Assembly (NCBI GenBank): GCA_021613535.1
Contig: CP075494.1
Span: 124,001 to 188,000 of the forward strand
Reading direction: 5' to 3'
Origin: Adineta vaga
Taxonomy: Eukaryota > Animalia > Rotifera
Length of the DNA stretch: 64,000 nucleotides
Part shown: positions 51,726 to 62,115 of the stretch, one piece after another
How the letters are laid out: every line of letters begins with the position of its first letter
Numbering within the stretch: the stretch's first letter is position 1
Made by a program: the position numbers and the translations under genes
Notes under the pieces: generated by a model
The model's database searches: none
What the model was told of the DNA's origin: nothing
Seen by the model: the letters and a program-made list of their open reading frames with translations, nothing else

Positions 51726-51785
51726 CATCTTGAGGGTGGGTATGGGTAATGGAAGATATGAGCACCCACACCCACCCTAAAGATG
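51726..51785. repeat. Telomeric-arm hairpin mini-element
   Basis: catcttgagggtgggtatgggt...acccacacccaccctaaagatg. Confidence 0.75.
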
Positions 51786-51882
51786 GCGTAGCTCTTGCAA
51801 AAATATTTGAATTTAAATTAAAAGTAAAATCATCTCAAGAGTGAAGTTAAAATCTTTCATCATTATATTTGAATTAATTTTA

Positions 51883-52580
51883 GAATTATGAACGTTATAG
51901 AGTTTATTATACAAACAATTTGACATCTGATCAAAAGCAAAAAAGATTTTGATCGATTTGGACAATTACTTGATGCATATTTTATCGATAAATATGCACA
52001 TCGATTTGATGTTGCATTTTCATTTCCAGGTTTAATATTTACTTTAAAAAAGAATTCTTTCTTTACTTTCTAGGTAATATACGTGAACGAGTTTGCAGCA
52101 TAGCAGAAAAACTTTGTGAAAAAAGCATGACCAAAATGGAAGAGAACGAATTTTTATGATAAATATCATAAAGCAGAATTAGCTCGTCCAAATTTAGATC
52201 TTTATTTACATACAATCTATCGATATCAAACAAGATTGATTGTTGTCTTTATGTGTGATGATTATTCACGTAAAGAATTAATAAAAGTATGTTTATCAAT
52301 TCTTTCTTCTGACCAAATTATGTTATTATCAGTTGATGGCAAAAGTATTGATGGTTATATGGATATTTCAAACGAGGATGATAATAATGTTGTAAATGCA
52401 ATTTATAGTCGTTTGAAAGCTCTTGGTGATCCATTAACGCCCTCACGATCACTACATAGACCAGTTCAGCAGTCAGCGATAGAAAAGTCAATGTCGAGAA
52501 ATATTATTCGTTTAGTATCACCGTGGTATATTATACTTGCATTAATAGCGTTTATTCTTGGTACATTTATCGGTCGTTAA
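51883..52580 (+). pseudogene. Bacterial-type TIR domain protein with a C-terminal TM; intron 52030-52073
   Basis: FDVAFSFPG|..RERV..IAEKL..IFYDKYHKAELARPNLDLYLHTIY..LIVVFMCDDY..SIDGYMDI. Frameshift at ~52130, and the WCxxE segment is absent. Confidence 0.72.
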
Positions 52581-52823
52581 AACAAGAGATACAATTTACC
52601 TAAAGAGAACGCATCAAAGAACATTGATAAAATAATTTATATATTTCTGAATTGTTTTTGAATTAACAAACAGTATCACTTTCAAATACAATATTTCAAA
52701 GAAGTCACTACTATCTACTGTTCTACATTAATATAGATGAGGATGAAGGTACGCTTACAAGTAGAGAGAGAAAACCGTTACTCCTTTAACGAGTATCGTA
52801 CGTCTTAACTTTGGTTTTAGTAT

Positions 52824-52869
52824 AAAGGGTGTGGGTGTCTTTCTTCTTTAACCACACCCACATCCTCAA
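52824..52869. repeat. Telomeric-arm hairpin mini-element
   Basis: aaagggtgtgggtgt-ctttcttcttt-..acacccacatcctcaa. Confidence 0.7.
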
Positions 52870-53185
52870 AGCTTATCGTGAAGATCCACTGGTGCACGAT
52901 AGATGGCGAGCACGCACTATTTCTTTATTTCTTGAAACAGGTTATTCATTAGAAACAACTGTTTTGCATTTTCCAGTTCTAGTGTTGATTCAACATGGTA
53001 TTGATGATACAGTTACGCCCATTGAAACTATTCGACAATGGGTTACAAATCGAGTTAAAGGTGATGATGTAACATTCAAGAATTGCCCAAATCATATGCA
53101 TGAATTGCATAATGATTTAAAATGAGAAGAGGTTCTGGAGAATGTACTTGATTGGATTGATAAGCATGTTATTAGTCATAATAAT
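52870..53185 (+). pseudogene. C-terminal fragment of an alpha/beta hydrolase (monoacylglycerol lipase-like)
   Basis: AYREDPLVH..VLIQHGIDDTVTP..HELHND*EEVLENVLDWI. It has no N-terminal half and an internal stop. Confidence 0.75.
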
Positions 53186-53661
53186 CAAAGCTACTTTGAG
53201 AGTGTGTCGATAAGGATGATTATTTTCATCAAAGAAATATCAAATAAAGCTTTTCTATTTATAATAGAGGACAAAGAAGAATAGACAAAGTCTTTTTTTT
53301 GTAACATGTTTCTCTCGAATTTTGAGAACTGTGTGGGAGTATGTGATATTCTCAGATTGTATCATTACAAATGAAGCGTTTACCCGATAATTTTGTACAA
53401 TTTTTTTGTGTCGATCAGTTCAAAACATAAATTTAGCTTAACAATCATGAAGGCAGCTATTTTCGGAACTTTATTACTGTGGTTCGATCTTGATGGCTGT
53501 CTGTTTGATGGTGATATTCAACTTAAAGTAGAATGTTCGTTAGTTGTTTTTGTTTTTCTTATTCAATAACTTAATTATAAAGATTACAGGGTGTCTGAGA
53601 CCACTTTTATTTAAAAAGAAAGAAATAATATTATAGAGAAAAATATAAAAACAAGTTAAGT

Positions 53662-56271
53662 TCAAAATAAAACTTGCAAAGTACGATTTTCAGAGCGTGC
53701 CTTATTAATTTCTTGTTGAAATAACTCTCGATCAGTATCAGATGTACAAGGATGAATTTCTAATACGTTTAAGTTTTGATTATCATAGAATACATCAAAG
53801 ATTTGCCGAAGATTAGTAAATGAAATCTCAATTTCTCTCAAAGATAAATGAGATATTATCGTATTTTTACGAACAGCTTTAATTAATGTTGTCATATCAT
53901 TTTCTCGTATTTGTCCAGCAAATCGTAGATGAGATACTGTTGAATTTGATTCTATATCCGAAGCAAGATGACTTATATTTATATCACGATTAATATTGAT
54001 TTGTAATTGTTTTAATGTAAAGTTTAATGCAATTTCTTGTATATGTTTGTAAAGTGGATGTGAGAAACTTTGAGAGAAAGATTGATCAGATACTTCGATT
54101 TCTCTAAGAGACTGTACGGGTTCAGTAGTTTCTATTTGAGAAGAATGGGAACATTTAGGACTAATACAACTAAGAAACGATAGAGATTTTCTCAGTCTTT
54201 TGTGCAGAGAAGGTTTCTTAACTTGTGCAGGGAGTAACTGTGGTTTAAGTACATTACTTCTTGTTCTAAAAATTCGTTTTTCTTGATAAAAAATTGCATA
54301 ATCAGTTTTGTTTTTAAGTTCTAGAATTTTTAATGACGATAGTTGATTAATAGTTTCTGCTAATTGTTTAAGTGTTGTATCACAATCAATATGCACTAAT
54401 TCCAGTGTCAACTGTTGAACTGGAATGATTTGAAGAAGATTTGTAATAATTTTCATATTATTATTTTCATTAGTACGCCATTTAACAGATGAAGCGAGCA
54501 TTGATTGATCATTTTCTGATAATATAGAACTAAAATCTATTTCAAGATGATAAGTAGATGATGTCAAAGAAAATGTTTCCAAAGTATTTTGATTTTTTAA
54601 CATTCGAAAGATTTTTTCACAGACATCCATTTGTACATTCTTCATATGTAATGTTTTTAAATTTCTATTTTCACAAAGATGAAATATCAGTTTTGGAGTT
54701 GTAACTGGTATTGCATTATAATCTATAGTAATTTCTTCGAGAGTTCGACTGTTAATAGCGAAAGTAAGAATAGTATTCCATAGATTGTCGGAAAGATCTG
54801 CATTCTGTAAATTAAGTGTTGATATGTTCAATTGTTGAAAGATATTTTTAATACTTTTTTCGTCAATACTTTCTAAAGATAGAACAAATCCAGTTTCATT
54901 TGTTCCAAATAATTTAAATGAAGATTCTATTTCTTCTGGTTGAATGGTGAATTTCAATCGCGAATTTGTTTCTTTAATAGTATCGAAAAATTTTGATTGA
55001 AATTTGTCGATTAATTTTGTAAATGTATATTCAATGATAAGTTGACGATTGCTTTCTAATGTATCATTAAGCATTGAAATGATTTTTTGTTTCGAAGTTT
55101 TTATTCTAAAATTTGTCAGGAAAATGTTTTCTAATTTAAGTTTATTAATTCTAATTTTTCTTGAAATAATATTGAGAAATTTTGAAAATAGATCTTCTGT
55201 TATTTTGACATCGTTGATACTTATAGTATCGATTGTTAAACCTTGATTTAATAATTTGTTGATTTTTAAGAAAACTTTTTCATTTAATTTATCTATGATA
55301 ACAACATTATCTTCTATTTTTCCACCTAATCGTTCAAATTCATTTCGGAATTGTTTAATTCGATTAGTTGAATGTTGTTTATTATAATGATCAATACATA
55401 CCCATCGAACTTGTCCATTAGATGTAACAGTACGGTATAAATTTCCTAATGTATCATTTTCATCTACTTTTTTCAAATATTTTCGAATTTGCCGTAATGC
55501 AGGACCGTTTCCTTCTTGAATATTTCTTTCGGTTGAAATATTTATATTTGTTTGAGCTTTCGCCAAAATCTCATCTGCTTGTTCTACTTTATGAATAATA
55601 TTATTCCAAAATTCCTTTTTTTGTAAAATATTAATATTGTATAATTTCATAAAGATCGATGATAGTTGTGGAACAGCGATGCTTCCGACGGATGCCATAT
55701 ATTTAATTACAGTTAACGTCTTACGAAGATAAGGTCCATATTTCTGAAAGAATTCACGTGGTTCCTTTATTTCATATCCATCATGAAGAGCAAAATGGCG
55801 TTCATTGTCGTTTGCACAATCGCATAGAAAATGCAAACGATATTTATAATGAAGCCATTTTGAAGGATTGTAAGAAGGTGTTTCAACCGGTAATACAATG
55901 AAAAGATGGGGTATGGTGTATTCTGCTGTTTCATATATTTGACGTTGAATAACATCGAGTTTTGTTTTAATAATTTCCATATTATCTACAACTATATTTA
56001 AAACGTTGCGTTCTGATGAGATAGTACTGTCTGAAGACATTGATGTATGACAATCGATTACATATCGAGTTGAAGCTGGAATTCGTTGTGGATAAATTAG
56101 TTGATTATTGTTGTCTTGTTCGAATTCTATTAGCTCTTTGTCAATTGTAAATCTTCGAATACCAATAAAATAATCATGAACATCTTGTAAGAATAAATAT
56201 TTATTCTTTTTTACATATCGAACAGGTATCTCTACAATTTTATCATTGTATCGACACTTTTGAAATTCCAT
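53662..56271 (-). CDS. 869-aa intronless protein with a COR-C-like domain and degenerate RNI-type LRRs (Mortierella-like family)
   Basis: EYTIPHLFIVLP, RLHFLCDC, HDGYEI..P.EFFQKYGPY and LGNLYRTVT..GQVRWVCIDHY, followed by LRR-like repeats. Confidence 0.75.
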   Translation of the reverse strand: MEFQKCRYNDKIVEIPVRYVKKNKYLFLQDVHDYFIGIRRFTIDKELIEFEQDNNNQLIYPQRIPASTRYVIDCHTSMSSDSTISSERNVLNIVVDNMEIIKTKLDVIQRQIYETAEYTIPHLFIVLPVETPSYNPSKWLHYKYRLHFLCDCANDNERHFALHDGYEIKEPREFFQKYGPYLRKTLTVIKYMASVGSIAVPQLSSIFMKLYNINILQKKEFWNNIIHKVEQADEILAKAQTNINISTERNIQEGNGPALRQIRKYLKKVDENDTLGNLYRTVTSNGQVRWVCIDHYNKQHSTNRIKQFRNEFERLGGKIEDNVVIIDKLNEKVFLKINKLLNQGLTIDTISINDVKITEDLFSKFLNIISRKIRINKLKLENIFLTNFRIKTSKQKIISMLNDTLESNRQLIIEYTFTKLIDKFQSKFFDTIKETNSRLKFTIQPEEIESSFKLFGTNETGFVLSLESIDEKSIKNIFQQLNISTLNLQNADLSDNLWNTILTFAINSRTLEEITIDYNAIPVTTPKLIFHLCENRNLKTLHMKNVQMDVCEKIFRMLKNQNTLETFSLTSSTYHLEIDFSSILSENDQSMLASSVKWRTNENNNMKIITNLLQIIPVQQLTLELVHIDCDTTLKQLAETINQLSSLKILELKNKTDYAIFYQEKRIFRTRSNVLKPQLLPAQVKKPSLHKRLRKSLSFLSCISPKCSHSSQIETTEPVQSLREIEVSDQSFSQSFSHPLYKHIQEIALNFTLKQLQININRDINISHLASDIESNSTVSHLRFAGQIRENDMTTLIKAVRKNTIISHLSLREIEISFTNLRQIFDVFYDNQNLNVLEIHPCTSDTDRELFQQEINKARSENRTLQVLF

Positions 56272-56949
56272 TTATTAAAAACTAAATAATATGTATGAAT
56301 AAGAGAAAAAGAAATTATAATGATATAGTACTGCATTTGTTTTCGTCAATGTTTATATACCACTTGGAATTAAACATTTTTCTTTTGTCATGAGTCATTG
56401 AATGCTTATAATGCATTTTTTGCCCAGATTCTTAACCATAAATGGAAAGTCATGAATTCGTTTTTTTAAAATGAGTAATTCGAAAAAATTGTTTCTGGCA
56501 TTTTAATGCATTGTGGTCGCAGACGAATTAATTACTTGCGTAGGTTTCTTTGCTTACGCACGTCGAAATTGAAAATTTATACAAAAACAGAGCTTTTAAC
56601 CACAGAAAATATTCCAACTTTGACTCATTCTTTGATTGAAAGTTAACAAAAAAGAAAATAATTCATCTTCACTACAGGTAAAGTTTATTGAGCTGTGTTA
56701 GAGAATCAAAGAAAGTGTAAATAGGAATATCTGTAGAACTGAAACACCTTTGGAATTCAATTCTATTTCAGATATGCCAACCTTATTGGAAACTTCGATA
56801 GCGTTAACAAACGCCCAAGTATGCCATGTTGATGTTCTCTAAATCTAAGTACCCATCCTGGAAAATTTGGTAATGATAGTAATTGTAAGAACTGTACAAA
56901 GCGAACAATCACCCTCATCCTCAACATCTTCTCTATATTATATACAGAA

Positions 56950-56976
56950 GGGTGTGGGTGTGGGTGTGGGTGAGGG
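56950..56976 (+). repeat. Telomere-type tract ggg(TGTGGG)3TGAGGG
   Basis: Read directly from the sequence. It abuts the putative solo LTR. Confidence 0.8.
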
Positions 56977-57253
56977 TGTTGGAACGCATAGAACAAAGTG
57001 AGGGCACTACGAACCCGTCTGTCACACTGGACACACGAAAAGCCTTCTCAGCGTGAGAGACACCGATGAATGACAGTCAGCGAAGCATTTACCGCATATT
57101 ACTTAAATGCACATTTAAAATAGTCGACGATACCATACGTTAGCATACTTGCAGAACTGATTAGTTTAAAATTCGAGTACTCGAATTCTAACTTTATAAG
57201 TTTAGAAGTTGAAGAAGAAGTTTAATACTCGAATCGAATTAACGGTTTCTACA
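56977..57253. mobile_element. Putative solo LTR (277 bp)
   Basis: TGTTGGAAC...GTTTCTACA imperfect inverted termini. It truncates the adjacent LRR gene. No TSD. Confidence 0.55.
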
Positions 57254-58810
57254 CTACTCTTAAATATTGGTTTTGATAAACAATAATCATCATTATTGAA
57301 CTGAATACCATGAATAAGAATGTTAATATCATATAATTCATGATTCCATTGAATTGGTGTACTATCATTAGATTCTAATAACCAGAATCTATCCGTTTTT
57401 GTTATTCCAGAAAGATCTAATGATAATAATTCTTTTAATTTCATAAAAATAAACCAATTTATTTCAATTAAATTGGTACAATTTGCTAATGATAATTTGT
57501 TAAGGGTTGATGCCACATTATAAAGAAATGAAGTTGTTTGATTTTTAGATTGAAATTCTTCATCATAGATTGTTGTTATTGTTTCTAATGAAGAAATTGG
57601 ATTCGAACTTAAATCAAGAATTTCCAAACTTGTATGATTAAAAACTAATGGATGAATAAATTCAATTTGATTATGACTCAAACTAATTACTCGAAGTCTA
57701 CGTGCATTTTTAAATGTATTTTCATTTAATTTTTGAATTAAATTATAATCTGTGTCTAATACTTCCAGATGTGAAAAATCTTGTAATGCATCGAGATTAG
57801 AAGAAAATTGTTTGATAAAATAAGAGAACGTAATGTTCGATTCAATGGAGATAAAATGATATTATTTCATTATTATTTGTCACAGTTTCCAATGATGTTA
57901 AATGATTATCATTTAAAACTAAACGAGTTAAAATTGCAAATGAATAAATGCATCATGTGCGATTCGTTTTATTCGATTTTGTGATAAATCAATTTCATAC
58001 AATTGATTTTCAGAAGGAAATAAATTAGATCTTATTTCTGAAATATAATTATCATGTAAATTAAGAATTACTAAGATGATGAAATTTAATCAAAGAAGGA
58101 AAATGAACAATGCCACTAGATGATAAATCTAACTTAGTTAAAGAATTAGATGATAAACTATCATAAAGATGATCAATATTTGTTAATGTAACATTATTGA
58201 AGAAAGTTTCCGTCCAATATAAAGTCGATGATTGGTTGAAAATAAATTGAACTTCTTTTGAATTTAGAATACTTATTTCAACAATAGTTGTATTATCAAA
58301 TGCTTTTAAATTGAATTGGTATGGTTGAGCATAAATATCATTATATTGAATATTGTCAATAGTTAATTCTTGATATTCCGTTTTACTAAAAGCATAATCA
58401 TCAAGTTGAAAATTTCTTGGTGAATAAAATCGAATATATTTTGGTATTTCGGAAAAATGATTCAGTAGTTCAAAACTATTTTCTGCTATTTGATCAATTC
58501 CATTTATAAAACTTAAATTGACCTGGCGAAGTGAAGAAAATTGTGATGAAAATGATGTAAATGTTTGTGATGTTAAACGAGTGAAATTTATAAAATGAAA
58601 TGCAGCATATATATGTTCAGTTGATGAAAATGTTGACCAATCAATAAGCATTTGATCACTTGGATGATTTTCAATACAAGTTACTAAACTTCTATTATTG
58701 TTACAATTGCACGTGACAATAGTATTATCCAGACATATTGTTTGGGATTCAATGGAAATTAACAGGGAGATTAAATGAAGAATATAGAAAAGCACGTTCA
58801 GAACAAACAT
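57254..58810 (-). pseudogene. Secreted/extracellular LRR protein, disrupted and 3'-truncated
   Basis: Signal peptide, an LRRNT-like Cys cap and LxxLDLSxN repeats, with stops and frameshifts between 58061 and 57681. Confidence 0.75.
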
Positions 58811-59327
58811 TGATGTTCGTAAAAAGAAAGATTATATGAAAATGAAATGTTTAAATATCTTCTTTTTTCATATGTTATCTATTCCCATGCATATTTTTAT
58901 CATTGAGTCTCTTATAATGTCCATAGTGTTTAAAGGAACACAATGAATCATTGATAAGGACTTTGTAAGAACAACTAACAATTGCCTTGCAGTGTTCTAG
59001 ATTATATGAGAGAGAGAGAATACGTCATTGCTTATATTTCTTCTGTTCTTGTTTCATTAGTCATGAAAACATATTGTCATCCTGATTTGTATATTTAAAG
59101 TTAGCGAAAAATTTTCAATCATTCTTTGACTGTAAGTTTTTTTGTCCGCATGTTATATATTACTGTGTATATTTTTATTATCAGTGCTCTTGAAACCTTC
59201 AATGTTGTGCTTTATGAATCATTGATAAGAACTCTGTAGGACTGTCAGTTTGAGTTACATATTGATACATCGCTCACCACATTATCTTCCAAGATATGCA
59301 AAATCCTCAAACATTCATGAATAGAGT

Positions 59328-59397
59328 CATGTTGAGGGTGTGGATGTTAGTCAAGGTACCTCTTCTTTACTCACACCCACATCCATCCTTTAAAGAT
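59328..59397. repeat. Telomeric-arm hairpin mini-element
   Basis: catgttgagggtgtggatg..tcttcttt..cacacccacatccatcctttaaagat. Confidence 0.65.
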
Positions 59398-59928
59398 TTT
59401 TCTCTGATTTTTAATTCTTTTCTTACTTGAGTTTTGATGACTTTTAATGCATAAAGAATGGGGGGAGGGGGGAGGGGAATTGTCACAACTAGATATAGAT
59501 GATAGCAATCTATAGGTAGCACTAAACCAGCGTCATATATCTCGAACCCTTTTGAAAAACACTTTTTTATAGAAAAATGAATCCAAATATGAGATACACC
59601 TACGAACAGAAATATTTTCCCTCTTTGTTTCTTTGCTATCATACTTTGTATAAAATTTATTGTCTAGTAGAGATATGACTTGAGAGTTTTATTTCAGTAT
59701 GATAAAACGATTGCAATGTAATAAAACTCTAGTTATATCTCACTCGACAATAAATTTTATACAAGATATAGTAGAAAATAAACATATGGAAGAAAGAATT
59801 TTGTGTGAAGGTGTACTTTCGGAGAGGATATATGATACATGCGACAAAAACCACACTTTTAACCGAGCATTACAATAGATAATTAGATAATCTGAGGTTT
59901 GTACCTTATTTTACCAATTCTACTAGAA

Positions 59929-59989
59929 ATCTCGAGGATGTGGGTGTGGCTGGATATTCTTCTTCATCCACAGCCACACCCTTAAAATG
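59929..59989. repeat. Telomeric-arm hairpin mini-element
   Basis: atctcgaggatgtgggtgtggctggat..tcttcttc..atccacagccacacccttaaaatg. Confidence 0.7.
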
Positions 59990-60289
59990 GGATTTCCTAT
60001 ATCAATTTCAATCCTTAGATCGAAAATTAATCTAAATCAAATAAAACATTTATCTCTTTACTCAATAGATCATATATTAACATATGTACCTCTATCAGTT
60101 ACAATGTCTCAAATTTGTGAATTATCCATTCGGAATCAAATAGATATAGATACAATTAAATGAGTTCGATATCGTCGATTTGAAGAGATTCACAACTTAA
60201 AAATAAGTATTATTGGTCAATACAGTGAATCTATCGTTAGACAATCACAATGTGTCACGAGAGATAACTTTACATTTCAATTATATCAT

Positions 60290-61063
60290 TCATTTAAATT
60301 CAGCAAAAACCGCATTATGATCTGTCTCTCCTTTAGTATCAATAATTGAACATTCACTTAAAAACCATTGATCATTATCACGAGGACGTACATAAATATA
60401 ATCAACACGCGTTCCATATCGACATGTTGCTATTTGTTCATCTTTTATTTGTCCATTTTTTAACTTAAATACATCTTGATAATTCCATTCATCTGTTATT
60501 AGTTTAGTTAAATCAAAACGAGGTTTTTCCCTCTGAAAACTTTCACGCATTTTAACAACTTGTTCTTGATAATAATCATCTGAATAATCATCTCTTGTTA
60601 ATACATTCATATCACCCATCAATATATCAATATTTTTTCTATATGGATTAAGTTCTTTGATTTGTTGTAAACGACTATCCTCATTAATATGATCTAAATG
60701 TGTTACAGAAAATATTCTATCTTTAGTAAATGGATGATCACCATTTAAACGACATTTCAGTAAACCTCTTGTACCACCTCGACATGGAAAATATGCTCGT
60801 TCATTTGAAGAAAATTCAATTGGATAACGAGATGCAATTCCATTCCCAAGATCATCTTGATCACCTTGACCATAAATAAAATTCGGTAAAGACAGACGTT
60901 GACAAAATGTTTTCCATTTCTCATTATTTTTGATTTCTTGAACAGCAATTAAATCAAGATTAAGTGGTTCAAGAATCGATATTAGATCATTGATATTATT
61001 TTTACCATTTTTTGGTGAATTAAATACATGTACATTAAGTGTAGCTAAACGAAATGTCGACAT
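60290..61063 (-). CDS. Endonuclease/exonuclease/phosphatase (EEP) family protein
   Basis: LATLNVH, AVQE, THLDH, MGDMN, RVDYIY and TDH catalytic motifs in an intact single ORF. Confidence 0.9.
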   Translation of the reverse strand: MSTFRLATLNVHVFNSPKNGKNNINDLISILEPLNLDLIAVQEIKNNEKWKTFCQRLSLPNFIYGQGDQDDLGNGIASRYPIEFSSNERAYFPCRGGTRGLLKCRLNGDHPFTKDRIFSVTHLDHINEDSRLQQIKELNPYRKNIDILMGDMNVLTRDDYSDDYYQEQVVKMRESFQREKPRFDLTKLITDEWNYQDVFKLKNGQIKDEQIATCRYGTRVDYIYVRPRDNDQWFLSECSIIDTKGETDHNAVFAEFK

Positions 61064-61425
61064 TTTCTAAGATAAAACAAAAAAGTCAACTTCGTTGTTT
61101 TTCTTCATTTATTTGACATAAGTCATGACCAACGATATTCTTTTAAAACATGCACGTTTTTTCTTCTTATCTTAAAACGAACAACCTTGAATATTTTATA
61201 GTCTTTTATTAGTAGGTTTGATATGATTGTTTTTAGATTGTTAAATTTAAACGAACTATTTATTGAGATTGTATATCTGTAGATTTTTTTATGTTGAAGG
61301 TTAATAAATATGACAATATCAGTTTCTTTTTCATCATAATGAAGAGACATTTTTTTTGTTCGGTATACTGTGAAATAAAGTATATCTTTTATTATTTGAT
61401 TTAGTTCCTTACTGAATTTCTTGTA

Positions 61426-61478
61426 GTGGGTGAATGTGGGTGTGGATACGAATAAAGAACACACCCACACCCTCAATA
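61426..61478. repeat. Telomeric-arm hairpin mini-element
   Basis: gtgggtgaatgtgggtgtgg..aaagaa..cacacccacaccctcaata. Confidence 0.7.
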
Positions 61479-62038
61479 CGAACTCTCACCTTTCTTTATT
61501 CTATGATAAACGTACTCTATATTTGTGAGGAAGTGATAAATGTATACTTGCAATTAATACATGATATATTCTCATTAGTTCCACGTGATCAATATTTTCG
61601 TCTGTTTCCAAAAGATTGTGGTGGTTTTGCAGTTTGTCATCTTTATGCTATTATTGCTTTACATCCAAACCTCCATGTTTTAGTTCACAACTTAGTAAAA
61701 GAATGATTCATATGTATTTTTCCTTTTGTCACAAATGAACTATTTATGTTCAAAACTATTTTGCCGCAAAATCATATTGCCCAGTTTATGGTTTTGACTC
61801 ATAAAATATTATTATCTTTTATCTAGTATGGAGAAGTACTGGAAATATGAATTTTGCCCGAAAACGTCATAGAGCAGTCGTCTTACCGAATGAAATAGTG
61901 TTAGTTGCAGACGGAGAAAATAATCGCAATATTATCGTCAACAGTTGTGGTATATATCAATGGAATAACACCCAAGAACTTTGCTTTCATAAATTAAAAT
62001 TATTAACTTTAAATAAATAATATTCTATAGAAAAAAAA

Positions 62039-62115
62039 CATATTGAGGGTATGAGTATTAAAGTGATATGAAGAATCAAACGCAGATTCACACTTTGACC
62101 CATCTCCTCAAGATG
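62039..62115. repeat. Degenerate telomeric-arm hairpin mini-element
   Basis: catattgagggtatgag..gaagaa..cccatctcctcaagatg. Confidence 0.5.
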
